Origin: the human T2T-CHM13v2.0 reference genome, Homo sapiens
DNA length: 64,000 nt
Reading direction: 5' to 3' (one strand)
Assembly (NCBI RefSeq): GCF_009914755.1
Contig: NC_060925.1
Shown here: positions 59,273 through 64,000 of the stretch, piece after piece
How the letters are laid out: the number at the start of each line of letters is the position of its first letter
How positions within the stretch are numbered: the stretch's first letter is position 1
The notes under the pieces: generated by a model
The model's database searches: none
What the model was told of the DNA's origin: nothing
What the model saw: the letters and a program-made list of their open reading frames with translations, nothing else
Position numbers and translations under genes: made by a program

Positions 59273-61339
59273 TGGAAAAAATACTATTTGAGGTACACAG
59301 GCTCTGCTTTTTTTTTCTACCATCTTAAGTAACACCACAGGCTCTAGAACCCCTACTGTAAGGCCTGTAGGGATCCCTAAAACCTCTCCAACACTAGTTG
59401 TTGATTTCCTCTCTGAGTGGGGCCTCAGACAGCCTCACTGGACTTTCAGGTACTCTCAGGTGTGTAATAGACCATTCCTGACTCTAGCCCCAAGAATTCT
59501 TAAATCTGCCTTTCTACATGCTGCCAAAGGTCCTTTGGCTCCCAAATCTTGAAAATCCTACTCTCATTCCTGACCCATCTCTTCCTGTTCTGGTTGGCTT
59601 GCCAGCAATCACTAACTGATAACAGTGGTCGTGGTCTCTGCTCCATGGGGAACTTGAGTGTTTTCCTTTAGGGTCCTAGCCGGTAACAGGCCTGGTCCTG
59701 GTCCTATCCTACTTTCTATGTAGCATAAGATAATGCATTATACTTGGGCTCGGCTCTGGAAACTACTGTGACTTTCTCTCCATATCCTGGACAGATCAAC
59801 ATTAATGAAAGTGTCATCCTCCCAACTGCCCACCACCCACTTGGCATCTCCCAGCCATTTCTCATTTCTAATGAGGACCTCACTGAATTCTCACTGAAAC
59901 CTCATTTGTTGAGCTGGGTGACAGACATCACAGGATCTGGTCAATACCATAGTCTGGTGCTTCTGACCATGATTCCCTCTAAATAGTAAGGTAGAATACC
60001 TGCCTCGGGGAAGGGATCTTTTAAAATGACAGCTTTAACATGTTATATTATGTGTCCAACACTTTCTTCACTGACTTACTGTATACAAGGATTATGGCCA
60101 TACTACGGGGGAAGTATTATTAGACATATTTTACCAATGAACAAATTGAGGCTCAGGAAGTTCAAACCACTTGCCTAAGGATACAGAACTAATAAGTGAC
60201 AGAAGCAGCACAGTTCACACCTCTTCCACTCCCGTGACAACTTATTCTTAGAGAATCACACACACTATGAGAATGCCAAGAATACAGCGAAAGAAAGCGG
60301 TGTTGTGCTCTCACACTTGGGCTTCTCAACACTTGTGTCCCATGTGTTTTTTAAAACCTTTGTTTTAGGAAACGTTCTGCGGCAGTCGTTTCTTCAATCT
60401 GCATCTGGTTCCATCACTGTGGCTGCTGCTTGCACATCCCAACAAAGTGCTGCGCTGCGAAGCGTTTCACAGGGACTCAAACAACAAAACAACTCTTAAA
60501 AAGTGTCCCATAAAGTGCCACATGCAAACATCATGTGTGGCGTGCACATTTTCAGCAGCGGCAGAATGTCTGCTTCCTGTGAGGATGCATGGGTGGGTGC
60601 ACTGAAGGCAGGGATATTTTCTGAGTAGTATGACTGTGTTTGGGGGCAGCGTTAGGTACCCAGGCACACATGTTGGCCCGACACCCCTTACTCTTGGGTG
60701 TGGAACAGATCTACAACAGAAAGGGCTTGTGGTAGGAGTAGATTCCTTTGTTCTGACCCTGGTAGACTCAGCACTGCCATTTCATTGTTTCTAAGAAAGG
60801 CTCTGCTGGTAAATCAGTCTTAGTACCTGCCAAGAGCATTGTTTCCTTCTAGGAGAATCTTCCCAGCCCCTGGCCTCTGCCAGGGCCTCAGGCTGAGTGG
60901 GGCTGGCCAAGTCCTATATCCACTCTTCTTACCTTAGACAAGAAGGAGGAAACTGATTCAAGGACAGCCAGTCCATAGACTGACCAGCAACCTGTAAGGT
61001 CGTCAGGTATGGAATCTCTTTCCTACCACAAGCAGTGTGGTTAACTAGGCCAATCAAGTTCTCATTCTTGGAAACCTGAATTCGAGATTATAGAGAGAAC
61101 CAGGCAACTGGCAGAAAGAGAAAACAGCAGACAGAAAAAGGGAGACTACACGAGAGTAATGGGGCCACATTCATGGTGAAACACTCGGAACTGGGAACTC
61201 CTGAGATGGATGAGGGAGATGAGGCAGCCCAATGCTTAGAGTGGCCAGGGATCCCGAATGTCCTCCTGACACCTTCCTCTGACACCTGGCTTGATTTTTG
61301 TCTCTACTCTGGTATTACAGTGAGATTTTAGTCTCTTTA

Positions 61340-61800
61340 ATTACATCAATTAGGATGCTTTGGGCTGCAAGTAACACAAAACCCAACTAAAAGCAGTCTT
61401 CATAAGAAAAATAAGTCATCTCACTTAACAAGACAATCCTAAGCATTTCCCCCACTCCCTGGGTTGGCTAATTTAGTGGCTCAACAATGTCGTGAAGACC
61501 CCACATGTTTCCTGAATTTCTTCTCATCACCCTCTATTTTGCTTGTCCTTCTAGCCTACTTTCTCTCATGGTATCAGAAGCCTGCAAAAGTTCCAGGCAA
61601 TGACAACCAGAGACGAAAAAGGAAAAAAAAAGGGAATGTGCCTTTCCTTTGCCCCTTTTAAAGCAAAAGGAAAATACCCCACCAACTCCCCAGCAAGCTT
61701 CTCCCACGTCTCATTGGTCAGAATTGCACCCTCTACCCATTCCTAAATCAATCACTGGTGCCGGCAGGGAGGAATGCAGCCGCCTGAAGTACAGGGTAGC
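61340..61800 (-). mobile_element. Old MaLR LTR (MLT1J-L-like)
   Basis: TTAGGATGCTTTGGGCTGCAAGTAAC...TCTCATTGGTCAGAATTG. Confidence 0.6.
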
Positions 61801-62259
61801 TCTATCCTTTAACCCAGTCAATGTCAGTCCTCTGTTAGCCAGGGAGAAGGCAAACAGCAGTGTCTGCTCCACTTACTACCTCATCTACTGAACAATAGAG
61901 CTCCATTTCATGAGATGACCTGGTTACATCTGTTTCCTTCAACTCAGAGAGTTGGCTAATACCCAGATCAGCCTTAGCAAGTTGAAGACATGATCTTCAG
62001 TAGGTACTCTTTGAGAGTAGTGGAGAGCTGAGTGGTTATGTAAATACAATGTTATACGGAGCCCTAAAATTTCCATTGCTTTCTAATATTTTACGGGGCC
62101 CCAAACACACACAACAGACTCCAAGGAATGAACCTATCATGCCACTGCTAACTCTGGGCTTCTCAGTTCATTTCTTGCCTCCTTGGGCCTCTTAAGCAGT
62201 GATGGCATTCTGTCTTTCCATGCAGGCTTGCTTCTAGCTGATACACAGGCTTTTCTGGA

Positions 62260-63141
62260 ACAGTGGTTTTCAAAATTTCTTTGTGCATCAGAGAATCTCT
62301 TGAAGGGCTCCTTAAAAATTGCTGGGCTCAAAAGGACAACATATGAAGCTTAGGAGTGAAGGGACTTCCTGAGCAGAAATGGGCAAACTTCAGTCTTTTT
62401 ACTGTGTCTTTGCAGTATTCTATAGATAATTTCCTTAACTTGTACATTTAGTGACCATTAGCTAGTGATCGTTTGATGGGCAGCGATTCTAACAGTATAA
62501 AGTCCACAATGTTCTATGTCCCTAGCCTGCCGTTTTTCAGCTGCATGTAAAAGGGGGTAGGATGAGATAATCGACCATTATAAAGATTTAACTATTTTAT
62601 GCTGAAGCGGCCATATTTTCAAGGGATGACACCATCTTGCACACAACAATGAAGGTACTCGGCCATAGACTTGGAATGAGACCATATATGGGGATGAGAT
62701 TCTTCTAGATCCTAATACTGCTGTACTGGCCTGTGTGTACATGGGGTCCTTCAGCTGAGGCCTTGCAAGGCAAGCCAGCTGTGCCATGTTTGTAGATGGG
62801 GCAGAGGAAGCTAGAACAATGGAAAAGTAACCTATCTATGCTAGGTCCACCTATTGAAACGAGGTAGGAATGAGGCTAGGGTCCTTAACTTCCTTCAGGC
62901 ATACTTTTCTAGCTACCTTCTGCCCTGTGTCTGGTACCTACATCCTTGATGATTGTTCTCTTTCATCCATTGTGGATATATATATATGTATGAAAAGCAA
63001 AAAAAATAAATTGCTGGGCTGGCACTACCTCAAAGCTTCTGATCCAGGAGGCCTAGGGGGGGGCAGTTAAGATGCATTTCTTACTAGTTCCCAGGTGATG
63101 CTTCTGCTGCTAGTCTGGGCACCACACTTTGAGAATCACAG
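62260..63141. mobile_element. MER5A split by the retrocopy
   Basis: Left part CAGTGGTTTTCAAA...TTGCTGGGC; right part ...TCCCAGGTGATGCT...ACCACACTTTGAGAATCAC. Confidence 0.8.
62329..63007 (+). pseudogene. 5'-truncated processed retrocopy (3'UTR-like, no meaningful ORF) inserted in MER5A
   Basis: 13-bp TSD AAATTGCTGGGCT (62316-62328 and 63008-63020), TT|AAAA L1-endonuclease site at 62312-62317, and an A-rich 3' end. The flanks rejoin as one MER5A. Confidence 0.8.
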
Positions 63142-63679
63142 CTCTAGGGCTAGGGGTGCTAATCTTCATTCCAAATGGAAAGGAGGCTGCTAAGGAGTCC
63201 ACTTAAGTAATTTTTCCTGCGATAAAGACTTGCTTCCTTGTCACTTGCTGTCAACACCCCTCCACACAGCAGCGACTGCCTGGCTTAATTCTTAAAGTAG
63301 AGGCCTCTCAATAGACAGGGTGGACACTTCTTCGCCTCCTGGCAGGAGAGAGAAAGAACGGACTTCAATCTTTGGTTGGCAGGGCCTGACTAGGCAGTCG
63401 GGCACAGAACCCTAGGGCTTTCCCACCCCTTTGCTTTCTCACTTGTAAAACGAATAAAGGTACTGGTCCTGCCAGCTTCACAGGTTGCTGTACATAGAGG
63501 AATGGTTGGTTGAAAGTGCCCTGCATAACGCAAGCTCTTTAGGACTCGCAAACAGCCTTAATCGCAGTAAGGGGGCACATCAGGGCTGTGAGAAGGCCCC
63601 CTTGAGGGCTCGGCACAGGTGATTCTGGGCTCTCTGTGCTTGCCAGCCTCCTAAAGTAGGTGCCCACTTTCAGAAGCTC

Positions 63680-64000
63680 TGCACGCCCCACCTGGGCGCC
63701 TCTGCTGGAGGTCTGCCTGGCCCGGGGCACCCGTGTGCGCGCGAGGATTTCTTTTGCAGAGAATGAAACCACCGTTCCTTTCCGTCCGTGGTCTACTCCG
63801 GGGTCCCCATCCCACGTAAGTGCTGTGGAACCCCGGGGTGATGAGCCCCGGGGGAAGCCAGCATCTCCTGCCCTCCAGTGCCGGCGCCCGGCAGAGCCCC
63901 GGGACTCCTAGTTTTTGCCGCCGCTGAGGACGCGGCGCGGGCTGCTGGCCGCGTCGCCGAGGGAGGGCCCGGACAGCCCTGCAGCGCGTCTCAGCGGAGC
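63680..64000. promoter_or_regulatory. Start of a second CpG island (runs off the window)
   Basis: Abrupt GC/CpG enrichment (e.g. GCCGCCGCTGAGGACGCGGCGCGGG) that is not Alu-derived. Confidence 0.75.

Noticed and set aside
62329-63007. snoRNA or miRNA cluster interpretation of the insert
   Set aside because: I could not identify convincing C/D or H/ACA architecture. The TSD and A-rich end fit an mRNA retrocopy better.

Overview
This is human genomic DNA covering the 5' half of CD34 on the minus strand (exons 1-4, encoding the signal peptide, mucin domain and start of the Cys-rich domain) plus about 48 kb of upstream intergenic sequence. The window ends in the start of a second CpG island. I find no other credible protein-coding gene; almost all other ORFs in the track come from Alu, L1 or DNA transposons, or are chance ORFs. 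The upstream region is a nested archive of transposable elements: a full-length Tigger1, a near-full-length Charlie5-type hAT fossil with readable transposase motifs, solo LTRs, old L1/L2/MIR and about 20 Alus. The signals most worth follow-up are: (1) an unexplained 173-bp imperfect palindrome about 7.8 kb upstream of CD34; (2) an ETS/GATA-TAL1/MYB motif cluster at about -12.3 kb that looks like a blood stem-cell enhancer; (3) a TSD-flanked, ORF-less retrocopy of about 680 bp that splits a MER5A; (4) a 71-bp direct repeat bracketing a 5'-clipped Alu plus about 0.9 kb of other DNA; and (5) a perfect snap-back hairpin in a MER57 LTR. I see no convincing new multi-gene system. Repeat family names come from recognising consensus sequences by eye, so their boundaries are approximate unless a TSD or TIR is quoted.
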